A DNA stretch of 24,000 nt, taken from assembly GCA_024695065.1 (NCBI GenBank), contig JAILIX010000074.1:24459-48458 (forward strand), read 5' to 3'. The position numbers and the translations under genes were made by a program. This document shows, piece by piece, positions 8,498 through 16,555 of the stretch; within the stretch, counting starts at the first letter, position 1, and every line of letters starts with the position of its first letter. The DNA comes from Fretibacterium sp. GTDB taxonomy: Bacteria > Synergistota > Synergistia > Synergistales > Aminobacteriaceae. Below the pieces are notes generated by a model. That model was not told the DNA's origin. It saw only the letters and a program-made list of their open reading frames with translations, and did not search any database.

Positions 8498-9115
8498 ATG
8501 AGAAAGTTTTTCACGCTCTTTTCATGCGCTGTGTTGGGGGTTTTGATGGCGGGAGCGGCCGCTTTTGCGGATGCCAAGATCCCCATCGTGCAGTATCAGT
8601 GTCTGGTCTGCGACAAGTATTTCTATGGATTTGACGGCGACCCGCTGGACTCTGAGGAGCTCAACGACCCCGATGTCCAGCTCAAACGGGTCTTTCAGCT
8701 CGAAAACCGCGGCAAGAATCTGGATCCCTGCCGCGGCGATTTCAAGGCTCATGTGTTTGACAGGATTGCTGTTTCGTCCAGGCCTGTGAGCGAAGTTGTC
8801 AGGAATATGTCACGAATCGCCGTGCTCAAGGATGGCCCCAAACTGAGGGGGGTTACCATTTCGGAATGGTCGTGCATGGCCCCGGACTGCCTTAAGTCCA
8901 ATATGTTCACACTGAACGACGATAACCTGATGATCACAGACTGGGAGCAGCAGACCGACAAGATATTCAACCTGAAGGGCGAGAAGATCTCCAAATGCAA
9001 GTCGCGCTATATCCCCGGGCACGCTTTCTGGCGCAATCTGTCGAAAAAGTCTTCCCCTGTGACATCCTACGAGATTGCCCAGCGCATCTATGATATCTAC
9101 TATGTCAAGAGGTAA
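8498..9115 (+). CDS. Secreted cysteine-rich protein of unknown function (paralog B)
   Basis: Signal peptide MRKFFTLFSCAVLGVLMAGAAAFA. QYQCLVCDKYF, LKRVFQLENRGKNLDPCR and ITDWEQQTDKIFNLKG align with paralog A. Confidence 0.78.
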   Translation: MRKFFTLFSCAVLGVLMAGAAAFADAKIPIVQYQCLVCDKYFYGFDGDPLDSEELNDPDVQLKRVFQLENRGKNLDPCRGDFKAHVFDRIAVSSRPVSEVVRNMSRIAVLKDGPKLRGVTISEWSCMAPDCLKSNMFTLNDDNLMITDWEQQTDKIFNLKGEKISKCKSRYIPGHAFWRNLSKKSSPVTSYEIAQRIYDIYYVKR

Positions 9116-9127
9116 GGAGGAAACGCG

Positions 9128-9883
9128 ATGAAAAAGATCAGCATTCGCAAAGCCGTCGCTGCCGTCCTGCTGGTGCTTCTGGGCTGCTCCGCGGCGTGGG
9201 CCCGACTGCCCAGAACCTACAGGGAGTTCAAGGCGCGCTACAAGACCGAGGCCAAAACACTGGAGGGGGCGGTGAAGCTGTACTTTGAGGGCGTGTTCGC
9301 CTTCATCAACCCGGATACCCGGGCCGAGGCAGGGAAGATGCTGCGCTACGTCCTGCACTACAGCATGCCTGTCGAAAAGTCCAGGGACCTCGCGACGTTT
9401 GTTGAGCGGATGAAGGACCCGGATTACAACTTCTGTTTCCGAAGCTACGCTGAGGGCGCGGAGCCTGGAAACGACTATAAGATGAATCCTGACAACTTCA
9501 GTGTTCGCTTTGACGGCAAGCCCATTAGAGACCCCGGCGGCTACCTTCGGGTCCCTCTGAGGAGTTCCGGGGCTGACAGCGCGCGCATTATCTGGGTGAA
9601 GAAGTTTGAAGACGGACTGTGGTACGTCATCAACAACGCATCCACCTATGTACAGGTGCGCGAACCGAAGACGGAGATGATACGCCGCAGCCACGCCCAC
9701 GACGCGGACTATGATGAGCCGGAACCGGAACCGGAGCCTGAACCGGAACCAAAGCTGGAACCTGAACCGAAACTGGACCCCGAACAGCCGCAGAACGGCG
9801 GAGAGTCCGGCTCGCAGAGCGGGGTTCCTGCCGCGGAGAAGCCGGTGAATGTCCCGGAGCCGGAACCGGTGCCGTGGGATTAG
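9128..9883 (+). CDS. Secreted protein of unknown function with C-terminal Glu-Pro repeat
   Basis: GGAGG upstream. Signal peptide MKKISIRKAVAAVLLVLLGCSAAWA, a globular domain, then DEPEPEPEPEPEPKLEPEPKLDPEQP. Confidence 0.72.
   Translation: MKKISIRKAVAAVLLVLLGCSAAWARLPRTYREFKARYKTEAKTLEGAVKLYFEGVFAFINPDTRAEAGKMLRYVLHYSMPVEKSRDLATFVERMKDPDYNFCFRSYAEGAEPGNDYKMNPDNFSVRFDGKPIRDPGGYLRVPLRSSGADSARIIWVKKFEDGLWYVINNASTYVQVREPKTEMIRRSHAHDADYDEPEPEPEPEPEPKLEPEPKLDPEQPQNGGESGSQSGVPAAEKPVNVPEPEPVPWD
9715..9781 (+). repeat. Degenerate in-frame GAACCG/GAGCCT hexamer array encoding Glu-Pro repeats
   Basis: gagccggaaccggaaccggagcctgaaccggaacc... read directly at about 9717-9780. Confidence 0.75.
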
Positions 9884-9920
9884 GTTGGGATTAGGTATGG
9901 ATAAGCGGGGAGGAAGGGTC

Positions 9921-10646
9921 ATGAGAAAGTTTTTAGCGCTGCTGTCAGTTGCACTTCTGGCGTTTCCTGCGATGGCCGCGACGCCGAAGGTGTGGTACGA
10001 CACGGATGGGGTGAACGTGTGGCGGGGGGAAAAAAATGGCCGGGAGATGACCGATATTGAGCCGAATAAGGTTTTCGGCTCAGATTACTGCTGGTTCGTG
10101 GCGGACTCAGCGGTGTGGCTCTCCAACCTCGGAGATAATGAGGCCGCGCCCATCTGGATCCCCCTCAAAAAGGGCGAAATCTGCCAGGAAATTGAGATGG
10201 ATCCGGAGCAAACCCTTGTGTTTCTGTGCCTGACCACCAAAAAAACTGAGACGATTGCGATTTTTGACCTTGAAGGCAATCGCCTGGCGGAAACGCCGGG
10301 GGTTATGGGCATGGGCGGCTACACCCTTGAGTGGATAGACCCATACCGCTGTCTGTTCACCTACAGTGTGCCGGGCACGCAGCGGGGCAAAAGGTCCGGG
10401 CTTTGGCGCGGGGCCGCGGTGATGGAGCTGTTCGGCAAGGGCGGTGAGGACTTTGAGATTTTAGTGACGCCTGTGGCGGAGCCTACAGCTACAGAGAATT
10501 ACCGTGCGTTTGGCGTTGCCGGAGATGAGTGTGTCGTCATCAAATACACGGTCAAGTCCCCCAAAGAGTGGGAGCAACTGGATGACGGCGCTGAGGAGGC
10601 GGGACAATCCGAGGAGATCCGCATCCCGGTCCCGGCTGCGGGTTAA
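9921..10646 (+). CDS. Secreted protein of unknown function
   Basis: ATG 9921 after GGAAGG. Signal peptide MRKFLALLSVALLAFPAMAA. The ORF track start at 9849 overlaps the previous gene and is unlikely. Confidence 0.7.
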   Translation: MRKFLALLSVALLAFPAMAATPKVWYDTDGVNVWRGEKNGREMTDIEPNKVFGSDYCWFVADSAVWLSNLGDNEAAPIWIPLKKGEICQEIEMDPEQTLVFLCLTTKKTETIAIFDLEGNRLAETPGVMGMGGYTLEWIDPYRCLFTYSVPGTQRGKRSGLWRGAAVMELFGKGGEDFEILVTPVAEPTATENYRAFGVAGDECVVIKYTVKSPKEWEQLDDGAEEAGQSEEIRIPVPAAG

Positions 10647-10664
10647 GCCTCACGAGGCGTATCC

Positions 10665-11135
10665 ATGAGACGCTTTATAATTGCAGTGATGGCGTTGGCT
10701 TTGAGTATTGGGACCGCATTTGCGGACATTCCGGATCCCTCCATCTTCAGCCGCCGGGACCCTGCGGATTTGCCGGAGGTCAAAGCAACGGCGTCCATGA
10801 AAGTGGAACCGGTGAAGGAGCAGAAGAATATTTTGCGACTCAGGCTGACCATGACAGGGGCGGGGCATTACACCTTCTCCGTCAGAGAGGAAGCCGGAGA
10901 GCACGCTGTATGTTCCGGTCAGGGTGACAGTGAAGAGCCCGGCAAAGAGCTGGAGGCGCTGTTTCCCCACAGAGAGATCAGCGGAGACATGAAGGCCCGG
11001 TATATTGCGGAGGCGACATTTGTTCCTCTGAACAGTCCCGGATCTGTGCAGGTTATCCGGCAGGTCCTTGCTGTGTGTCTCATCAATGGCTCCATTGCCG
11101 TTACTGAGGAACTGGATGCGCCGGAGATTATTTGA
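10665..11135 (+). CDS. Small secreted protein of unknown function
   Basis: Signal peptide MRRFIIAVMALALSIGTAFA. Located 18 nt after the previous gene on the same strand. Confidence 0.65.
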   Translation: MRRFIIAVMALALSIGTAFADIPDPSIFSRRDPADLPEVKATASMKVEPVKEQKNILRLRLTMTGAGHYTFSVREEAGEHAVCSGQGDSEEPGKELEALFPHREISGDMKARYIAEATFVPLNSPGSVQVIRQVLAVCLINGSIAVTEELDAPEII

Positions 11136-11147
11136 CGGAAAACCCTG

Positions 11148-12155
11148 ATGCTCATTCTGTGTACGCTGCTGCATCTGGCCGTTGACGGCGTATGCGGGGC
11201 GGCTCTGGCGGCCTACGCTGTGGAGGAGCCGGATTATGCCAGTATTGTTTATTACTTTCATCTTTACAGCCTGATCGCTTTCGGGTTTCAGTGGATTGCC
11301 GGCTGGGCTCTGGACAGAAAGATGAGCCGGATTTTGCCCGGGCTCGCTCTCGTTCCCATTTTGCTGGGGCTGGGAGCGCTGCCCGGTTTTGGTATTCTCT
11401 CTCAATCCGTTCTCCTGGGTGCTGGGAACTGCCTCTTTCACGTGGCGGCTGGAATACTGGTTCTGCGGCGTTATCCCGGCTACAGGGAGCCCGGTGTTTT
11501 TGTCTCCGGCGGCGCGATTGGCCTTGGACTGGGGCTCAGCCGGTTTTGCGGAACGGCGGTCTTCCTGTGCATCTGTGCCGCGGCGACGGCGGTTCTGCTT
11601 TTCCGCGGGATAAGCAGCAGCTTAAAGATTGAGGCAGCAGAAATACACGATCATGAAACAGAAACGTTCCGCGCTGCGCCGTGGATTTCGGCGGGGGCGG
11701 CGGTGCTGCTCCTCCTCTGTGTCACCCTGCGGGGCTTCAGCGGGGGCAGCGGCGCTTCATGCCACGTGATGTTTTTCCCCTGTGTGTTTGCCGCCGGCAA
11801 GGCGTTGGGCGGCGTCTGCTGTGACGCGATAGGCTGGCGCAGAACGACAGCGTTTATCTTCATTCTGAGCTTTGCAGCGCTGGAAATGATGTCTCTGTCA
11901 TTGTCTGCGGCATGGACGTGGCTCCCTGCCGCGCTGCTTGCTTTCGCGTCCAACATGACTATGCCTCTGACGCTGCGCCTGCTCCATGGATGTTGTCTGG
12001 CCTGTCCGGGGCTGATGTTCGGACTTGCGGCGGGGTGTCTGCTTCCAGGGACGTTCTGGCGTGAGTCATTTTCGATTTTGCCTCAGGGGATGATTGTGAT
12101 TCAATTCCTGAGCCTGTTCCTGGCCGGATCGGCTGTCCGGCGTACTGAGGCGTAG
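11148..12155 (+). CDS. Polytopic membrane protein, MFS-like
   Basis: 335 aa with about 10 hydrophobic segments. No specific transporter motif that I can assign. Confidence 0.65.
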   Translation: MLILCTLLHLAVDGVCGAALAAYAVEEPDYASIVYYFHLYSLIAFGFQWIAGWALDRKMSRILPGLALVPILLGLGALPGFGILSQSVLLGAGNCLFHVAAGILVLRRYPGYREPGVFVSGGAIGLGLGLSRFCGTAVFLCICAAATAVLLFRGISSSLKIEAAEIHDHETETFRAAPWISAGAAVLLLLCVTLRGFSGGSGASCHVMFFPCVFAAGKALGGVCCDAIGWRRTTAFIFILSFAALEMMSLSLSAAWTWLPAALLAFASNMTMPLTLRLLHGCCLACPGLMFGLAAGCLLPGTFWRESFSILPQGMIVIQFLSLFLAGSAVRRTEA

Positions 12156-12162
12156 AAGCACA

Positions 12163-12510
12163 GTGGAGACGGCGCGTTGGAGTACAGCCCTGCTCACAGC
12201 AGCAATTGAGACGCCCCTGTTTTATCTGTTCGGATGCCGCCAGGTTGGGGACTGTCTCTGGTTCGCCCTGATCAATGTCATGAGCAATCTTCTGCTGAAC
12301 GATACGCTGCGGGTGGCTCCCCTTGAATCTTGCTTCTGGGGAATCCTGCTGTCGGGTGAGTTGGTGGCTGTCGTTCTGGAATTCGCCCTGTGCCGCTGCC
12401 TCCTGTCTTCCGTCCGGTGTTCCGGCGGCGGAAAACTTTTTCTTGTGGTCCTGAGTACCAATCTTGCCAGTTTCCTTTGCGGGGTCATTTGGGGGCTCTT
12501 ATTGACCTGA
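12163..12510 (+). CDS. Small polytopic membrane protein
   Basis: 115 aa, GTG start 7 nt after the previous stop, at least three hydrophobic segments. Confidence 0.55.
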   Translation: METARWSTALLTAAIETPLFYLFGCRQVGDCLWFALINVMSNLLLNDTLRVAPLESCFWGILLSGELVAVVLEFALCRCLLSSVRCSGGGKLFLVVLSTNLASFLCGVIWGLLLT

Positions 12511-12559
12511 CGGGGGTTGAACATTTGTGCAAATGGGTGTGGATATCTCTGAACTTTAG

Positions 12560-12592
12560 GTGTATAATCAAAAAGTCTTTTGTGTATATTCA
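12560..12592 (+). promoter_or_regulatory. Candidate mgl promoter/operator region: TATAAT box and an 11-bp direct repeat
   Basis: TATAAT at 12563-12568. GTGTATAATCA (12560-12570) and GTGTATATTCA (12582-12592) are 10/11 identical with a 22-bp period. No good -35 seen. Confidence 0.4.
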
Positions 12593-12694
12593 ATTTTTGG
12601 GAAGCAAGCTGTCGCTGGAGGCTTATGCTGTTGAGTCCCTGTGCGGCGGTGAGAGCCCCCGAAGGGGGAAAATCATAATGTGGGAGGTTTTATT

Positions 12695-13705
12695 GTGAAG
12701 CGTGTATTTGCATTGGCGGCAGTTCTGGCGGTTGTGTTTGCGGGAGCGGCACTGGCGACGGAGGTCTATGTGGGGTCGTGCATTTACAAGTTTGACGACA
12801 CCTTTATGACCGGTGTCCGCAACGCCATGAAGGCGGAGATGGACGCTCAGGGAGGCACGCTGGAGATCGTGGATTCCCAGAGCCGTCAGCCCCTTCAGAA
12901 CGATCAGGTAGATACCTATATTACGAAGGGCGCGAACGCACTCATCGTCAACCCGGTGGACCGCACGGCATCCCTTCCCCTGATGGAGAAGGCCAAGGCC
13001 GAGGGGATTCCTATCATCTTCATCAACCGTGAGCCCGACCCTGAGGTCATGAAAGCCTACGACAAGGTCTGGTACGACGGCGCGAAGGCTGAGGAGTCCG
13101 GAACTCAGTCCGGTGAGATTATCGCGGACTACTTCAAGGCGAATCCCGGCGCGGACAAGAACAAGGACGGCAAGATTCAGTACATCATGCTCCGCGGCGA
13201 GCAGGGACACCAGGACGCCGTTCTCCGCACGGAGTACTCCGTCAAGGCCCTCAAGGCCGCCGGCTTTGGTCTGGTGGAGCTGGGCAGCGACACCGCCAAC
13301 TGGGACAAGGTGCAGGCCACCGATAAGATGAAGGGCTTCATCTCCGCCGCCGGCATCGAGAACATTGAGGCCGTTCTGGCAAACAATGATGACATGGCTC
13401 TGGGCGCCATCGAGGCCCTGAAGGCTGAGGGCTACAACACGGGCGATCCCGCGAAGTTCATCCCCGTCGTCGGCGTTGACGCCACTGCCCCTGCCCTTGA
13501 AGCCATGAAGGACGGCTCCCTGCTGGGCACCGTGCTGAACGACGCAGACAACCAGGGCCGCGCCGCTGTGCGCGTTGCTGTGGCTGCCGCTGAGGGCAAG
13601 CCCGTCACCAGGGAGACTGTGGGCTATGAGATTACCGACGGCAAGTACGTCTGGGTCCCCTATCAGAAGGTGACGAAGGAGAACTATCAGCAGTTCATGA
13701 AATAG
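12695..13705 (+). CDS. mglB: Galactose/glucose ABC transporter substrate-binding protein
   Basis: Signal peptide VKRVFALAAVLAVVFAGAALA. MglB-like VYVGSCIYKFDDTFMTGVRNAM, IPIIFINREP, Ca-loop-like DKNKDGKIQ and VLANNDDMALGAIEALKAEGYN. GTG start follows GGAGG at 12684. Confidence 0.92.
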   Translation: MKRVFALAAVLAVVFAGAALATEVYVGSCIYKFDDTFMTGVRNAMKAEMDAQGGTLEIVDSQSRQPLQNDQVDTYITKGANALIVNPVDRTASLPLMEKAKAEGIPIIFINREPDPEVMKAYDKVWYDGAKAEESGTQSGEIIADYFKANPGADKNKDGKIQYIMLRGEQGHQDAVLRTEYSVKALKAAGFGLVELGSDTANWDKVQATDKMKGFISAAGIENIEAVLANNDDMALGAIEALKAEGYNTGDPAKFIPVVGVDATAPALEAMKDGSLLGTVLNDADNQGRAAVRVAVAAAEGKPVTRETVGYEITDGKYVWVPYQKVTKENYQQFMK

Positions 13706-13718
13706 CCTCGCGGACATT

Positions 13719-13749
13719 CCCCCCGGCCTCCGAGGCTGGGGGGCTTTTT
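13719..13749 (+). terminator. Intercistronic intrinsic terminator between mglB and mglA
   Basis: CCCCCCGGCCT (13719-13729), loop CCG, AGGCTGGGGGG (13733-13743), then CTTTTT. 11-bp stem with one G.U. Confidence 0.9.
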
Positions 13750-13770
13750 GCATTATGAAGGGAGGATAAG

Positions 13771-15306
13771 ATGAGCGAGTACGTCCTTGAAATGCGCAAT
13801 ATCACAAAGACCTTCCCTGGTGTGAAGGCTTTGGACAACGTTCAGCTCAAGGTGCGGCCGGGGACCGTCCATGCCCTGATGGGGGAGAACGGGGCCGGTA
13901 AATCTACGCTGATGAAGTGTCTTTTTGGGATTTACCGCCAGGACAGCGGCGAGGTTTTACTGGACGGCAATCCTGTTAAGATTAACTCCGCGCGCGAGGC
14001 TATGGATAATGGCATAGCCATGATTCACCAGGAACTTCACCCCATACGCTTCCGTTCCGTCATGGAGAACGTCTGGCTGGGGCGTTTTCCCGGCTTGATG
14101 GGCGTCGTGGACCACAAGGCCATGTACGACAAGACGAAGGAGCTCTTTGAAGATCTGGGGCTTTCTGTGGATCCTCTGGCGCTGGCCGGGGAACAGTCCG
14201 CGGCTATCCTTCAGATGATGGAGATTGCCCGCGCCGTCAGCATCAACGCAAAAATAATCATCATGGACGAGCCCACGTCGTCGCTGTCCGACCGCGAGGT
14301 GGACTTCCTCTTCAGGATTATCAGCCGCCTCCGCGAAGAGGGCCGTGCCATCATTTACATTTCGCACAAGATGAAGGAGATTCTGCAGATTGCCGATGAG
14401 GTGTCCATCATGCGCGATGGACAGTACGTCGGCACGTGGCCGGCCCTGGGCCTGACCACAGAGGAGATCATCAGGCAGATGGTGGGCCGGGAAATGACCA
14501 ATCAGTTCCCCCCGCGCACTGGTGCTCCGTCCGATGAAATCGTTCTGAGCGTGCGGAACCTTTCCTCGCCGCTGAAGAAATCCTTCCAGGATGTGTCCTT
14601 TGACCTGCGCAAGGGCGAAATCCTGGGGATTGGCGGACTGGTGGGGGCTCAGAGGACAGAGTTTGTCGAGGCGCTGTTCGGCCTGCGCAGCATTGAGTCC
14701 GGTGCTGTCACCAAGGATGGAAAAGCGTACAGGGCCCGGTCCCCCCGGGATGCCAAGGCCCACGGCTTTGCCCTTCTCACGGAGGAGCGCCGCGCCACAG
14801 GCATTTTCGGCATTCTCCCCATTCTGGAGAACACGGTCATTGCCAACCAGAAGAATTATGCCCGTATGGGCGTGCTGGACGAGCGCAGACGCGTGAGGGA
14901 GGCCGATGCGGGCTGCAAGGGGCTGAACGTCAAGACCCCGTCGCTTAATACCCTCATACAGGACCTTTCCGGCGGCAACCAGCAAAAGGTCCTTATAGCC
15001 CGGTGGCTGCTGACGAACTCTGACATCCTCATCCTCGACGAGCCTACCCGTGGAATTGATGTCGGTGCAAAATATGAAATCTACAACATCATGCTCCAGC
15101 AGGTCAATCAGGGCAAGTCCATCATCATGATTTCCTCGGAAATGCCGGAGCTGATGGGTATGTCCGACCGTATTGTGGTGATGTGTGAGGGCCGCGTGAC
15201 GGGTATCCTGGAGAAAGGGCAGTACAGCCAGGAGGAGATCATGCGCCTGGCTACAATGTTTGCCGGCCCCCGCAAGAATGCGGAAGACCACCCGGCGGCG
15301 GACTGA
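13771..15306 (+). CDS. mglA: Galactose/methyl galactoside (ribose-class) ABC transporter ATP-binding protein
   Basis: Two ABC domains: Walker A GENGAGKST, GIAMIHQELHPIRFRSVMENVWLGRFP, LSGGNQQKVLIARWLL and DEPTRGIDVGAKYEIY. Confidence 0.94.
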   Translation: MSEYVLEMRNITKTFPGVKALDNVQLKVRPGTVHALMGENGAGKSTLMKCLFGIYRQDSGEVLLDGNPVKINSAREAMDNGIAMIHQELHPIRFRSVMENVWLGRFPGLMGVVDHKAMYDKTKELFEDLGLSVDPLALAGEQSAAILQMMEIARAVSINAKIIIMDEPTSSLSDREVDFLFRIISRLREEGRAIIYISHKMKEILQIADEVSIMRDGQYVGTWPALGLTTEEIIRQMVGREMTNQFPPRTGAPSDEIVLSVRNLSSPLKKSFQDVSFDLRKGEILGIGGLVGAQRTEFVEALFGLRSIESGAVTKDGKAYRARSPRDAKAHGFALLTEERRATGIFGILPILENTVIANQKNYARMGVLDERRRVREADAGCKGLNVKTPSLNTLIQDLSGGNQQKVLIARWLLTNSDILILDEPTRGIDVGAKYEIYNIMLQQVNQGKSIIMISSEMPELMGMSDRIVVMCEGRVTGILEKGQYSQEEIMRLATMFAGPRKNAEDHPAAD

Positions 15307-15325
15307 ATAAAGGAGGACTCAATCA

Positions 15326-16552
15326 ATGGCGGAGAAACATATTGCGCGTTCCAAGTACGACCGCTTCTTCTTCATTGCGGGCCTGGCTGTTCTGGTGCTG
15401 GGTGTCGTGCTCAAACTGTGTCAGTCAATGCCAGCTTTCCGGCGTATCTACGATCTGCCGGTCTTCCTGATGCTCATCGGCGCCGTGACAGCTCTGAAGG
15501 GCTTCCTTGCCTTCTCAAAACACCATGAGGGCACAGTCGTCCTTTCCCGCAAAACCTTCGGCGCGTTCCTGACCAACAACGCTATTCTGCTGGCTATGCT
15601 GGTTCTGGTTGTCATTATCTGCATCCTTCAGCCCCGATTCATGCAGATCCGCGTGGCGCTGGACATTCTGACGCAGTCCTCGACGCGTCTCATCATCGCA
15701 CTGGGTATCTGCTTCACGCTTCTGATTGCGGGCACGGACCTGTCGGCAGGCCGCATGGTGGGCTTCGCGGCGGTGATCTCCGCCTCCATGATGCAGACTG
15801 CAACCTACTCCAACCGCTTCTTCCCGGACCTGCCCCAGATTGGCGTCTGGATTCCCATCATCGCGGCTATCGCGGCGTGCATGGTCTTTGGCGCGCTCAA
15901 TGGATTCCTCGTCGCCAAGTATGACATGCACCCCTTTATTGCCACACTGGCCGTCCAGGTCATCATCTATGGAACCTGCTCGCTGTACTTTGACATGCCG
16001 CCCAACAACTCCCAGCCCATCGGCGGTGTCCGGCCCGAATTCGCGGCGCTGGGCCAGATGAGAATTTTTGCCGGCAACGGGTTCCAGGGTATCTCAATCC
16101 TCATTCCCATTGCCGTGGTCATCTGCGTTATCATCTGGTTCATCCTGAACAAGACCGTGTTCGGTAAGAACGTCTACGCCATCGGCGGCAACCGGGAGGC
16201 GGCGGTGGTGGCAGGAATCAACGTGTTTGCCTGCATCATGTGCATCTTCATCCTGGCCTCGTGCCTGTACGGCATTGCGGGCGTTCTGGAGGCGGCACGC
16301 ACGGCAGGAGCCACCAACAACTACGGCAACGGCTATGAGCTGGACGCCATCGCGGCGTGCGTGGTGGGCGGCGTCTCACTGAATGGCGGCATCGGCAAGG
16401 TCAGCGGCATCGTCAGCGGTGTGCTCATCTTCACCGTCATCCAGTATGGCCTGCAGTTCATCAACGTGTCTCCCATGTGGCAGCAGGTCATCAAGGGCGT
16501 CATCATTGCCGTGGCGGTCGCCATTGACCTGACAAAGTACCGCAGGAAATAG
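15326..16552 (+). CDS. mglC: Galactose/methyl galactoside ABC transporter permease
   Basis: GTDLSAGRMVGFAAVISASMMQ, GALNGFLVAKYDMHPFIATLAVQVIIYG, NKTVFGKNVYAIGGNREAAVVAGI and ACVVGGVSLNGGIGKVSGIVSGVLIF. MglC/RbsC family; MglC assigned from operon context. Confidence 0.92.
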   Translation: MAEKHIARSKYDRFFFIAGLAVLVLGVVLKLCQSMPAFRRIYDLPVFLMLIGAVTALKGFLAFSKHHEGTVVLSRKTFGAFLTNNAILLAMLVLVVIICILQPRFMQIRVALDILTQSSTRLIIALGICFTLLIAGTDLSAGRMVGFAAVISASMMQTATYSNRFFPDLPQIGVWIPIIAAIAACMVFGALNGFLVAKYDMHPFIATLAVQVIIYGTCSLYFDMPPNNSQPIGGVRPEFAALGQMRIFAGNGFQGISILIPIAVVICVIIWFILNKTVFGKNVYAIGGNREAAVVAGINVFACIMCIFILASCLYGIAGVLEAARTAGATNNYGNGYELDAIAACVVGGVSLNGGIGKVSGIVSGVLIFTVIQYGLQFINVSPMWQQVIKGVIIAVAVAIDLTKYRRK

Positions 16553-16555
16553 GCT

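Noticed and set aside
9849-9920. N-terminal extension MSRSRNRCRGIRLGLGMDKRGGRV of the 9921 gene
   Set aside because: It overlaps the previous CDS, and a signal peptide begins precisely at ATG 9921 with a nearby RBS.
8810-10003. 397-aa minus-strand ORF with FRFRLRFRFRL repeats
   Set aside because: Opposite strand of the Glu-Pro repeat and three secreted-protein genes with proper signal peptides and RBSs. The repeat is the antisense of EPEPEP.
12623-13753. 376-aa minus-strand ORF
   Set aside because: Antisense to mglB and extends through the mglB/mglA terminator region.
13957-15291. 444-aa minus-strand ORF
   Set aside because: Antisense shadow of mglA. Length reflects GC codon bias, with no domain signature.
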